From Eledone cirrhosa (taxonomy: Eukaryota), in NCBI GenBank assembly GCA_964016885.1, contig OZ024764.1:1426001-1490000 (forward strand): a stretch of 64,000 nucleotides of DNA, read 5' to 3'. The notes beneath the pieces are model-generated. The model had not been told where the DNA came from, searched no databases, and saw only the letters and a program-made list of their open reading frames with translations. A program made the translations under genes and the position numbers. This document shows, one piece after another, positions 1-11,864 of the stretch (its first letter is position 1; the number at the start of each line of letters is the position of its first letter).

Positions 1-710
1 GGTGTTTTTGATTAATATTCCCTCAACCAATAATATGCCTTATGAAGTTAAGAAAACATAACGATAACCCGAATGTTATAACAAAAGAGGATGCTGGGGA
101 TAGAAACTGCACTGGTTATTTATTAACAAAGATCGAAAATGTAAACACTGCAACGCAGAGAAAAACATTAGCGTAACCAAATTATCAGTTATGTCTGTCT
201 GCACGCCTATATCACCTCTCTGCACGCCTATATCACCTCTCTGCACGACTGTCTGTCTGCACGACTATCTGTCTGCACGCCTCACGACGAAATATTTGCT
301 TGTTTTACGTAGTCTTTAAATAGACTTGTTTTCAAGTAAAAATATTGTTTTAAAATGCTTTTAAATGGAAATGAAGCAAAACGGAAGCTTAGTGTTCGAA
401 CTGATGAATTTTGCAGGTCAATATTTTGCTGGCTCGACAACTGTTAAAGCCAGCGTAATTTTTTACGTAAGACGCTCAATGTAAACAGAACAAAGGGAAA
501 TAACTGATAACTTACGCTCAAAAATCGATACATTATATTCGATTTCGTCAGATAGGGCAGGTCAATTTGAAATATTTTTTTTCCGATGTCTTCGCTAGGG
601 CTCAATGTACAAGTATAGCAATTTCGGTGCAATTCCGTGAGAGATTCTAAGAGGAGATGTGTGCCAAAAATCGATAGACAGACAGACAACCTCAGTTTTA
701 TATATATAGA
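1..710 (-). mobile_element. Probable non-autonomous Helitron, 5' end (3' end lies outside the window)
   Basis: Minus strand begins A|TCTATATATATAAAACTGAGGTTGTCTGTCTGTC at 710, a typical Helitron 5' TC terminus. Short internal tandem (ctgcacgcctatatcacctct) at ~199-250. Confidence 0.45.
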
Positions 711-925
711 TTATGTATATATATATTATGTATATATATATATAGTATATTATGTATATATATATTATGTATATATATATATATATAGTATATTATGTAT
801 ATATATATTATGTATATATATATATATATAGCATATTATGTATATATATATTATGTATATATATATATAGTATATTATGTATATATATATTATGTATATA
901 TATATAGTATATATATAGTAATAAT
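711..925. repeat. AT-rich micro/minisatellite
   Basis: (TA)n with recurring tattatg/tag interruptions. Confidence 0.9.
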
Positions 926-1359
926 AATAAATGTGAAGACTAAAATCCAAAGAGGGCTCGATAAGGATAAATATATATATCAAAATATTAAAATAACAGA
1001 TTAAAGTTTAAGCAAAGAATCGTTGCTTTCACCCTTAACGCGATCTTCTGTAGATCTTTAATCAGGGAAAAGCGGACGTAAAATGATGATGATGATGATG
1101 ATGATATATATTTATATGATGGCTGCAAACTCTAAGAGTATTGCAATCGCTGGTCAGATTATAGAGTTTGGTTGCACTTTTAGGCTATGGCCAGCCACAC
1201 AAACCTGTAACAGATCCTGAACAAGCAATGCCTGTGCTTTGAAGGTTTTTCAAGTGGGGAAATTTCTTGCACTCGACCCATCCCACTCTCTGAGCATCAA
1301 GAACTGGTCAACATCATCGGATGCTTCTGAAGCAGCAGGCTTTTTTTGTTTTTACTCCA

Positions 1360-2145
1360 CCGTACCACACCACCACCACCACCACCACTGCACTAGCACC
1401 ACCAACAACACATCTACCACCACCACCATCACTACACCACCACCACCACCACTGCACCAGCACCACCAACACCTCTACCACCACCACTACATTACCACCG
1501 CCACCACCAATAACACTAACCCCACCATCACCACTACCACCACCACCACCACCACCACTAACACCACCACACCACCACTACCACTGCACCAGCACCAGCA
1601 CCAACACCACTACCACCACTACACCAGCACCACCACCACTACCGCCACCACCACTGCACCAGCACCAGCACCACTACCACCACCACCACTACCACCACCA
1701 CCACCACCGACACCACTACCACCACTAACACTAACGCCACCAGCACCACTACCACTACCACCAGCACCACCCCCACCACTAACACCACCACACCACCACT
1801 ACCACTGCACCAGCACCACCACCACCACCAACACCACTACCACCACTACCACCACTAACACTAACGCCACCACCAGCACTACCACCACTACCGCCACCAC
1901 CACTGTACCAGCACCACCACCACTACCACCAGCACCACCACCGACACCACTAACACTAACGCCACCACCGACACCACTACCACCACTAACACTAACGCCA
2001 CCACCACCACTACCACCAGCACCACCACCACCAACAACGCCACTACCACCACCAGCACCACTACCACCACCGCCACCAACACCACCACCACCACTACCAA
2101 TACCACCACCACCAACAACAACAACAGCAACAACAGCAGCAGCTG
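1360..2145. repeat. Degenerate (CAC)n/(CAA)n microsatellite
   Basis: Direct inspection. Confidence 0.9.
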
Positions 2146-2199
2146 AAGTAATAGTAAATAGTAGCAGCAGCTGCAATAGTCTGTTGTATGGTAGAGATA

Positions 2200-2901
2200 G
2201 GGTGGTGGTGAGGGGGGAGAGATGGGGAGAGAGAGAGAGAGATGGGAGAAAGAGAGAGAGGGAGAGACGGATGGGAGAGAGAGAGAAAGAGAGGGAGAGG
2301 GTGACAGAGAAAGAATGAATGAGAGGGATGTTTTGACAGAGAGTTAGAGAGAAAGATAGCTAGAAAGACTATATATAGGGAGAGAGAGTGAGAGACAGAA
2401 AGGTAGAGAGAGAGAGAGAGAGACAGAAAGGTAGAGAGAGACAAATAGAAAGGAAGAGAAAATGAAACCGAGAGAGAGAGTGAGTGAGAGACAGAAATAA
2501 AGAGAGAGAGAGAGAGAGTGAGAGACCGAAAGAAAAGGAGAGAGAGTGAGTGAGAAAGAAAGAAAGGGAGATAGGAAGGAAGGGTAACAGAGATTGAGTG
2601 GGGGAGAGGAAGCAAGAGTAATAGAAAGACAAAGAAAGAGAGAGTGAGAGAGTGATTGAGAGAGAGAAAGGCGGAAAGAAAGGGAGAGAGAGGAATCGAG
2701 ATAGATAGATAGATAGAGAGAGAGAGAAATAACGGGAGAGTAAGAGAATGATTGATAGAGAGAGGCAGAAAGAATGAGAGAGAGAGAAAGAACGGGAGGG
2801 GGAGAGAGTGATTTAGAGAGAGAGAGAGAGAGACAAAGATCGGGGGAGGGGGTGAGAGAGTGATTTAGAGAGAGAGAGAGAGATGAGAAGGAAGGAAGAA
2901 C

Positions 2902-2937
<36 letters not shown>

Positions 2938-3020
2938 GGAAGTGAGAGAGAGAGAGAGATGAGGAGGAAAGAAGAGCAAGAAAGAGACGGAAAGAAAGAA
3001 AAAAAGAGAGAGAGAGAGAT
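2200..3020. repeat. GA-rich polypurine tract
   Basis: Degenerate (GA)n. Confidence 0.9.
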
Positions 3021-3184
3021 GCTGCCAGCGGTTGCCGCCCTTTACAAAAGATGCGAAGCAAAGCAAAGCGGCAACGGGCGGATTGTGCGAGCATTCTATA
3101 ACGTCTGCCAGTGAAAGCCGTATAGATAGACACAAACATACAAGACACTCACTCACACACACACATATATCTCTCTCTATATAT

Positions 3185-4440
3185 ACAACTGACTGAAAGA
3201 AACCACAGTCTATCTTGGACTACATTATCTACCGTGTCTTCCCCCTCCAAGATTTTCTTTAGCTTTTTGAAAAAATAACACAAAAAACCCTCCCCCAGAA
3301 ACCCCGACCCCCAACGAGATAATTGTGAAATGATTTTAACGTCTGCCAGAGATAGAAAGATAGATTCAAAGCCGTATTAAGATATATAGACATATACAAG
3401 ACAATACATACTTTCACTGAAAGAGACCGCAGTCTATCTGGGACTACATTATCTAATGTGTCTTCGTCTTCCAAATATATGTTGGGTTTTTTGAAAAAAA
3501 TGAGCAAAAATTCCCCTCCCTTCAAAAAACTGATATCTTCTTCTTAACTGAACGATAAGTGTTAAGAGTATTTTGTCGTCTGCCAAAGAAAGAGATAGAC
3601 ATAAACTGCGAAGACAGACATATACAACAGAAACACACGTTGACAGAGACAGAAAAGGAGCTAAGTTTATCTAGGACTACATTGTCTAATGTGTCAGCCT
3701 TCCAAATTTGTTTTCGTTTAAAGAATTCTTCTTTTTTTCCACCCCTAAAATAACTGCTAAAGAATTAGATATAAGCCGATACATACACACTTTGACTGAG
3801 AGACACTGTCTATCTAGGACTACACTATCTTATGTTCTCGGTCCCCTAAAAGCTGATATAGATATTGACACACACGCACTGTGACAGATAAGTCTATCTT
3901 GGATTACATTATCTAGTGTGTTTTCGCCCCCTAAAAAAACGATATATCTACACACAGACACACAAGACAAGTCTATCTTGGACTACGTTATCTAATGTGT
4001 TGACAAAACACACACACACACACACAACTAGCAGAGTTAGATAGATAGATAGAGGCCGTATACAAACATACACACGCACTATGATACCACAGTCTACCTT
4101 GGACTACAAAATCTAATGTGTTGGCCCTCCAAAAACACACACTGACTATGACACCACAGTCTACCCGGGACTACATCATCTAATGTGTTTTGCCTCCCCA
4201 AAACACACTATGACACAGTCTATCTTGGACTACATCATCTAATGTGTGTTGGCCCTCCAAAACACACACACTATGACACAGTCTACCTTGGAGTACAAAA
4301 TCTAATGTGTGTTGGCTCTCCATAACACACTATGACACTACAGTCTACCTTGGAGTACATCATTTAATGTGTTGGCGCCCCATAACACACTATGACACCA
4401 CAGTCTACCTTGGAGTACATCATTTAATGTGTTGACCCCC
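3185..4440 (+). repeat. Degenerate minisatellite with core acagtcta(t/c)cttggactacat(t/c)atctaatgtgt
   Basis: Core recurs more than 10 times; spacing tightens to ~60 bp toward 4430. Confidence 0.8.
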
Positions 4441-4508
4441 CCCCCTCCAAATTATTTCATAGTTATTTAAAACATTCCCCAAACCTCTCACATTCCTTCT
4501 TAAATGAA

Positions 4509-6252
4509 ATGCTGACGATAAAGGCGATGTTCTGTCATCGTCGTCGTTTTTATTATCTACTTCACAACGACACCAACACTAACAACAGCAACACAAATGG
4601 TGTTTCTTCGTGGTGGTGTTTGTTGTTGTTGATGATGTTGTTGATGTTGACGGACAAGACGAATGCCGGTGAAGGTGGCGACGACGGAGGCGGAGTTGAT
4701 GGTGGCGGCGGCGGCGGAGGTGGACTTTACCGTAAGGTGATGACGGCGACGGAATCATCATCATCATCATCGTCGTCGTCGTCATCGTGGTCGTCGACTG
4801 ATGGCGGTGGTGGCGGTGGTGGTGATAGTGGACTTTACCATAAGGTGATGGCGGCGAAGGCGGCGACGGAATCGCCATCATCACCGTTGTGGTCGACTGA
4901 TGGTGGCGACGGAGGTGATGGACTTTACCGTAAGGTGATGGAGGCGAAGGTGGCGATCGAATCATCATCATCATCGGGGTCATCTGATGGCGGCGGTGGT
5001 GGTGATAGTGGACTTTATCATAAGGTGATGGCGGCGGCGGCGAAAGATGCTACAGAATCGTCGCCATCGGCATTATCGTCGTGGTCGTCTGATGGCGGCG
5101 GCGGCGATGGTATTGATGGTGATGGCGGTGGAGGAAACAATAACGGACTTTACCATAAGGTGGAGGCGGCGAAAATATCATCATCATCGTCGTCTGAGGG
5201 TGGTGGCGGCGGTGACGTTAGTGGTGGTGGTGGTGGTGGTGGTGGTGGTGGTGATAGCGGACTTTACCATAAGGTGGCGGAGGCGGCGGCGAGGAAATCA
5301 TCATCATCATCATCATCATCATCGTCGTCGTCGTCAGATAGGACGGAGGAGGCGGCGTCGGTTGTGGTGGATATGTGTGATGGCGACGGTGGCGGTGACG
5401 GGGGATACCCCCGTCTAATTCATCTACAGCTTGACCTGGGTGGACGTCGCCACCGCCACCACCACCACCACCATCGCTATCATCATCATCATCATCAACA
5501 GCACTGCCCTCTCTATCGTCTTCTTCAACAGCATCATCACCATCACCAACAACAAGAACAACATCATCATCAACAACATCAACAAAGACAACACCAACAA
5601 CAACATCACCACCAAGAACAACAACAACAACACCACCAACAACAACAATTACAACACCACCATCAACACCACCACCAGCACCAACGACACCAACACCATC
5701 AACAAGATCAACACCAAGTACACCACCACCACCACCAACAACAACACCACCACCAACAACAACAACACCATCAACACCACCACCACCACCAACAACACCA
5801 CCACCTACACCAACAACACCACCACCAACAACAACAACACCACCACCAACAACAACAACACCATCAACACCACCACCACCACCAACAACACCAACAACAA
5901 CAATTACACCAACAACACCACCACCAACAACAACAACACCACCACCTACACCAACAACACCACCACCAACAACAACAACACCAACAGCAGCAACAACAAC
6001 ACCAACAACAACACCAACAACACCACCACCAACAACAACAACACCATCAACACCACCACCACCACCAACAACAACACCACCACCTACAACAACACCAACA
6101 ACACCACCACCAACAACAACAACAACACCACCACCGCCGCCAACAACAACAACACCAACAACATCATCATCTACATGATGTGGATTACCATTACTACTAT
6201 GATTACTACGATGATGGTGATGGAGGTCTGCAAAGCCAGAAGATAAACACCA
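4509..6252 (+). CDS. Candidate first coding exon of a secreted/membrane low-complexity protein (Gly/Ser-rich GLY[H/R]KV modules plus His/Gln tract)
   Basis: ATG at 4509; hydrophobic WWCLLLLMMLLML-TDKTNA|G segment; six in-frame GLY[HR]KV motifs; CCA|GTAAGT donor at 6252/6253 (phase 1) just before the stop. Confidence 0.5.
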
Positions 6253-6284
6253 GTAAGTAACATTATATTATATATTATTGTGCA

Positions 6285-7340
6285 GTAGAGGGTCGGACGC
6301 CATGCTTTGCGGCACAGTGTTACGGCCCTTTACGTTCTGAGTTCAAATCCCGCCGAGGTTAACTTTGCCTTTCCTCCTTACGGGGTCGATGAAATAAAGT
6401 ACCAGTAATACACTGGGGTTGATAAAATAAAGTACCGGTAATCTACTGGGGGCTGATAAAATAAAGTACCAGTAATAGACTGGGATTGATAAAATAAAGT
6501 ACCAGTAATAGACTGGGGTTGATAAAATAAAGTACCAGTAATCTACTGGGGCTGATAAAATAAAGTACCAGTAATGCATTGGGGTTGATAAAAAAAAGTA
6601 CCAGTAATAGACTGGGGTTGATAAAATAAAGTACCAGTAATAGACTGGGTTGATAAAATAAAGTACCGGTAATCTACTGGGGGCTGATAAAATAAAGTAC
6701 CAGTAATAGACTGGGTTGATAAAATAAAGTACCAGTAATAGACTGGGGTTGATAAAATAAAGTACCAGTAATGCATTGGGGTTGATAAAATAAAGTACCA
6801 GTAATCTACTGGGGTTGATAAAATAAAGTACCAGTAATGCATTGGGGTTGATAAAATAAAGTACCAGTAATCTACTGGGGTTGATAAAATAAAGTACCAG
6901 TAATGCACTGGGGTTGATAAAATAAAGTACCAGTAATGCATTGGGGATTTATAAAATAAAGTACCAGTAATCTACTGGGGTTGATAAAATAAAGTACCAG
7001 TAATGCATTGGGGTTGATAAAATAAAGTACCAGTAATGCATTGGGGATTTATAAAATAAAGTACCAGTAATACACTTGGGTTGATAAAATAAAATAAAGT
7101 ACCAGTAACGCATTGGGGTTGATAAAATAAAGTACCAGTAATGCATTGGGGTTGATAAAATAAAGTACCAGTAATGCATTGGGGTTGATAAAATAAAGTA
7201 CCAGTAAGGCACTGGGGTTGATAAAATAAAGTACCAGTAATGTACTGGGGTTGATAAAATAAAGTACCAGTAATACACTGGGGTCGATTTAATCGACTGT
7301 CCCTTCCATCAAAATTGCTGGCCTTGTGCCTAAATCGATT
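6285..7340 (+). mobile_element. tRNA-derived SINE (family A) with an internal 33-bp expansion
   Basis: B-box gagttcaaatcc; gaggttaactttgcctttc..ggggtcgat core shared with 7595-7712, 11450-11630 and 11655-11845. Confidence 0.75.
6388..7285 (+). repeat. 33-bp minisatellite (gataaaataaagtaccagtaatgcattggggtt), ~27 copies
   Basis: 11-aa periodicity in the ORF track; unit equals an internal SINE segment. Confidence 0.95.
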
Positions 7341-7342
7341 TT

Positions 7343-7490
7343 TGTGTAACCCCTCCCTGTCCCCATTTATTGTATTGTCCCCTACATGTCGACCCTTGTG
7401 GCCAATATAAACCAGTATTATTATTATAACCCCCACTGTCCCCTTCTATTGTCCCCTATATGTCAGCCCTTGTGGCCAATAAATGAAACC
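7343..7490 (+). mobile_element. Two tandem L1/Tx1 3'-UTR tips, each followed by (TTA)n
   Basis: ttgtcccct..cccttgtggccaata(t/a)a..aaacc resembles the 3' end of the element at ~20490-20543. Confidence 0.6.
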
Positions 7491-7499
7491 ATTATTATT

Positions 7500-7712
7500 A
7501 TTATAAAGTACCTGTAACATACTGGGGTTGATTTAATCAACTTTCCCCTTCCCTAAAATTGTTGTCCTTGTGTCTGAACCAGAAACCATTATTAAATCCC
7601 GCCGAGGTTAACTTTGCCTTTCATCATTACGGGGTCGATAAAATAAAGTACCAGTAATACACTGGGTTAATTGGTGGCCTTGTGCCAAAAGTAGAAACAG
7701 TTATTATTATTA
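7500..7712 (+). mobile_element. SINE family A fragments
   Basis: aaatcccgccgaggttaactttgcctttcatc..gtaccagtaa..ggccttgtgcc..gaaac + (tta)n tail. Confidence 0.7.
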
Positions 7713-8222
7713 CCAGCTGAGGTACCCGGCTTTACCTGGGAGAACAGTTGAGAGAAGACAGATAAAAGAGAAAATGACTGTATTGGATGTGTTGTCTGGT
7801 ATGAGGTGAGATCATAACGACATAGATGCCAACTTATATATATACATACACTAGTTGAGGTACCCGGCTTTACCCAGGAGAATAGTTAAGAGCAGACGGT
7901 TAACAGAGAAAATGACTGTATTGGATGTGTTGTCTGGTATGAGGTGAGACCGTAACGACATAGATGCCAACTTATATATACATACACTAGTTGAGGTACC
8001 CGGCTTTACCCGGGAGAATAGTTAAGAGCAGACGGTTAACAGAGAAAATGACTGTGTTGGATGTGTTGTCTGGTATGAGGTGAGATCGTAACGACATAGA
8101 TGCCAACTTATATATACATACACTAGCTGAGGTACCCGGCTTTACCTGGGAGAATAGTTAAGAGAAGACGGTTAACAGAGAAAATGACTGTATTGGATGT
8201 GTTGTCTGGTATGAGGTGAGAC
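7713..8222 (-). repeat. ~136-bp tandem array of Helitron 3' termini (~3.7 copies)
   Basis: Hairpin plus CTAG/CTGG at 7713, 7851, 7987 and 8123. Confidence 0.8.
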
Positions 8223-8610
8223 TGTAATGTGTTGGTGTGTGTGAGAGAGAGACATAAACAAAACAATCATAAAACTTCCTTATTAGGCTGGGGGGAGTAA
8301 ACTGCTGATTAAATGGTAACATTGGCCCTGGATTTTAAATGTGAAATAACCATAGTCAGTATGATCTTATTCCGCTCCAAATGACCTCATCTGAAACACA
8401 GCAATATACCACATAACATTGCTTCTGAAGTGTTTAGCTTTGTTAGTACGGACTGTAAGTAGTATAGGGATAAAAGCTGGAGGGTTGATTAATTTCAAAT
8501 AGTATCAGTTTTTCTTTGTTCTGTAACATCAAAGACTGTAAAACTACTTTATAAAAGCTGACACAATATTGTTAAACCTTCCTATAGATCAAAGGATCTT
8601 TAGTTTAAGG

Positions 8611-9386
8611 GGCAATCTTTCGTTTTAGGTACGTAAAATAAAACTTTGCGAATATGTTTAAATTTCACTAAGTTTCGGTTTCTGTCGAATGGTTAGCTCG
8701 GCTAGGGCTACTGAAGAACGGGATGGAATGCTGCAATTCAGATATGGGGTTCGTTCAGCGCACAAAGCTTTCTGATGGTCGTGCGTGGTATTGCAAACTA
8801 TGCAAAAAGTATAAAAGAATTCAAACGGATTCTTTCTTCGAAGATGCTTGTCTGTCATTAGCTCAGATTTTGGAATTAATATATTGGTGGGCCAATATTG
8901 ATGTGAAACATCAACATGTTGTTTTGGATTCGACATTATTATCCTTTGAGAGATATTCCTGTGAGATTTCGCTTCTTTTGAAATAAATTTTTGTTTTTCT
9001 GGATTTTTTTTGTTTACGTACCTAAAACGTAATTGCAAGGCCAGTGGTTAGAGCAGTGGACTTGCAATCGAAAGATTGTGAGTTCAATTCTCAGACCGGG
9101 TGGTGTGTTGTTTCCTTGAGCAAGACATTTTATTTCACTCTGCTCCAGTTTACTCAGCTGTAGAAATGAGATGATAGGGACTGGGGTCCCTATCATTCCA
9201 CTGTAAAGTGGTCGTGGAGGTGCCACGGCAAAAAAGCACCCAGCACTCACTGTAAATGAGGTTGGTGTTAGGAAGGGCATCCAGCTGTAGAAATCAAGCC
9301 AGAATCAGTTCCCGTCCCACCCTTGCAAGCAGGGAAAAGCGGACGTAAAATGATGATGATGATGATGATGAAAACGAAACATTACC
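8611..9386 (+). mobile_element. Merlin/IS1595-type DNA transposon deletion derivative
   Basis: TIRs ggcaatctttcgttttaggtacgtaaa / tttacgtacctaaaacg..aaacattacc; 8-bp TSD gtttaagg/gtttaagc; remnant ORF WLARLGLL..C..DG..WYCKLC..SFFE..LSL..ILELIYWW resembles the N-terminal zinc ribbon of Merlin transposases. Confidence 0.75.
9040..9370 (+). mobile_element. tRNA-headed SINE (family B) with RTE-derived 3' tail and (GAT)n
   Basis: A box tggttagagcagtgg, B box gagttcaattc; tail matches the RTE 3' UTR at 50833-51130; inserted in the Merlin right TIR with an aaaacg duplication. Confidence 0.8.
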
Positions 9387-9682
9387 GTTTAAGCTGTTTC
9401 TAGACTTTCGTGGGACGTTACTCTCTCTCTGAATATCTAACACTTTAGTATCTCTCTCTGTATAACTGCCTATCTCTCTCTTTCTGCCTCTCTCTGTCTC
9501 TGTCTCTCTCTCTTTAGATGTGTATGTGTGTCTGCAGTTTTCCTGTGATTCAATCAACCAACCAATATCTTTCTTTTATATTATATATAGATTATAAAGT
9601 ACCTGTAATGTACTGGTGTCGATTTAATTGCCCCCCCCCCTCGTTTTTTTGGCCTTGTGCTTAAACAGAAACCGTTATTAGC

Positions 9683-9895
9683 TCTGCCGTCCTTCTTTAG
9701 AAGGGAAGGACAGGCAGTTTATATCTGCCTGGTGGCCGTGGCGAAAGACGTCGTGTGGTGGACACATTTGAAAGGGTTGAAGACGAACACTTTCCTCTTC
9801 AACGAAGCCCTGAATAACTTTTTCAGATTTCACTTGAAAAGGAAAATCAGGGAGGAGAGGGAAGTGCTGCCTTCCCAGCCAGTTTGTTGAAAGGT
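9683..9895 (+). pseudogene. Divergent L1/Tx1 ORF2 C-terminal fragment
   Basis: EGQAVYICLVAVAKDVVWWTHLKGL..FFRFHLKRKIREEREVL aligns with the end of ORF2 (EGEAVFLCVVAMAKEVVWWTRLKGL). Confidence 0.85.
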
Positions 9896-9914
9896 GAGTG
9901 TCTAAAAGTCTAAA

Positions 9915-10982
9915 GTCTGTCTTAAGCCAGAAGACTCATTTGGCCGGTCCTTATCCCAGTTTCATGGTGTGAAGTGACTGAGAGTACAAGACTTCCCCCT
10001 GGACAGGACACCAGTCCATCACAGGGTTAAACCCCCAGCTATTACTAGTACTTATCATGGTTACATGGTGTGAAGTGACTGCGAGTACAAGACTCCCCTC
10101 TGGACAGGACACCAGTCCATCACAGGGTTAAACCCCCAGCTATTACTAGTACTTATCATGGTTACATGGTGTGAAGTGACTGAGAGTACAAGACTTCCCC
10201 CTGGACAGGACACCAGTCCATCACAGGGTTAAACCCCCAGCTATTACTAGTACTTATCATGGTTACATGGTGTGAAGTGACTGCGAGTACAAGACTCCCC
10301 TCTGGACAGGACACCAGTCCATCACAGGGTTAAACCCCCAGCTATTACTAGTACTTATCATGGTTACATGGTGTGAAGTGACTGCGAGTACAAGACTCCC
10401 CTCTGGACAGGACACCAGTCCATCACAGGGTTAAACCCCCAGCTATTACTAGTACTTATCATGGTTACATGGTGTGAAGTGACTGAGAGTACAAGACTTC
10501 CCCCTGGACAGGACACCAGTCCATCACAGGGTTAAACCCCCAGCTATTACTAGTACTTATCATGGTTACATGGTGTGAAGTGACTGCGAGTACAAGACTC
10601 CCCTCTGGACAGGACACCAGTCCATCACAAGGTTAAACCCCCAGCTATTACTGGTACTTATCCCGGTTTCATGGTGTGAAGTGACTGAGAGTACAAGACT
10701 TCTCCTGGACAGGACACCAGTCCATCACAGGGTTAAACCCCCAGCTATTACTGGTACTTATCCCGGTTTCATGGTGTGAAGTGACTGAGAGTACAAGAAT
10801 TCCCCCTGGACAGGACACCAGTCCATCACAGGGTTAAACCCCCAGCTATTACTGATACTCATTTTCAGCTGAGTATACTGGACCAACGTGAAATGAAGTG
10901 TTTTGCTCAAGAACACAACACACAACCCAGGAATCAAACCCACCACATTATGATCGTCCAACACCCTTACCACTAGGCCCAC
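9915..10982 (-). mobile_element. tRNA-headed SINE (family C) with a 101-bp tandem expansion (~9 copies) of its 3' part
   Basis: Head at 10860-10982; unit starts at 9963, 10064, 10165 etc.; unexpanded relative at 48398-48830. Confidence 0.8.
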
Positions 10983-11023
10983 ATTTCCATATCATCGGTT
11001 AATGTCCATTTTCCATGCTAGCA

Positions 11024-11037
11024 TATATATGTGTGTG

Positions 11038-11072
<35 letters not shown>

Positions 11073-11295
11073 ATATATATGTATATGTGTGTGTGTATAT
11101 ATATATATATGTGTGTGTGTGTATATATATGTGTATATATATGTGTGTGTGTATATATATATATATATGTGTGTGTATATATATATGTATATGTGTGTGT
11201 GTATATATATATATGTGTGTGTGTATATATATGTATATGTGTGTGTGTATATATATGTGTATATATATATGTGTGTGTGTGTATATATATATATA

Positions 11296-11326
<31 letters not shown>

Positions 11327-11408
11327 GTGTGTATATATATGTATATGTGTGTGTATATATATGTGTATATATATGTGTGTGTGTGTATATATATATGTGT
11401 ATATATAA
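11024..11408. repeat. (TA)n/(TG)n compound microsatellite
   Basis: Direct inspection. Confidence 0.95.
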
Positions 11409-11449
11409 ACTCCAATCACAATTGGTACCACTCTTTCATATTCCATATT

Positions 11450-11630
11450 GTTTGGCAGAATCGGTAGAGCATCAAACAATATGCTTTGTGGCATAGAGTT
11501 ATAGCCCCTTACATTCTGAGTTCAAATCCTGCTTAGGTTAGGTTTGCCTTTCATCCTTAAGGAGTCGACAATAAAATAAAGTACCAGCACCGCACTGGGG
11601 TTAATATAATTGACTTACCTCTTCCCCTTT
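11450..11630 (+). mobile_element. SINE family A copy
   Basis: ggcagaatcggtagagc..ctgagttcaaatcc..gcctttcatcc..aagtaccag. Confidence 0.7.
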
Positions 11631-11654
11631 GTATGATGTTAACTGTATTATATA

Positions 11655-11845
11655 TAACTGTTTCTACTTTTTGGCACAAGGCCAGCAATCACCCAGTATA
11701 TTACTGGTACTTTATTTTATCGACCTCGTAAGGATGAAAGGCAAAGTTAACCTCGGCGGGATTTGAACTCAGATCGTAAAGGGACGTAACTATGCTAGAA
11801 AGCATGTCTGACCCTCTACCGATACTGCCAATTCACCGCCCTGTA
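11655..11845 (-). mobile_element. SINE family A copy
   Basis: Reverse complement of 7595-7712 plus a head (gggcggtgaattggcagtatcggtagag). Confidence 0.75.
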
Positions 11846-11864
11846 TTATATATAACACTGCCTT

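Larger units (their letters stand above)
7713..9591 (-). mobile_element. Non-autonomous Helitron
   Basis: Minus strand: A|TCTATATATAATATAAAAG at 9591, 3' hairpin cccgg-gtaaag-ccggg then CTRR|T at 7713. Inserted between A and T; the host sequence rejoins as ttattatta|ttataaagtacctgtaa (cf. 7495-7520). Confidence 0.75.

Noticed and set aside
395-450. CTGATGA at 401 as a hammerhead core
   Set aside because: No correctly placed GAAA or stem I complement
1239-2318. 359-aa Pro/Thr-rich ORF
   Set aside because: TTG start, (CAC)n open in multiple frames, runs into a GA repeat
6388-7285. CRISPR-like appearance (constant 28 nt plus a variable patch)
   Set aside because: The variable part is only ~5 nt and recurrent; no unique spacers, no cas genes, eukaryotic SINE context
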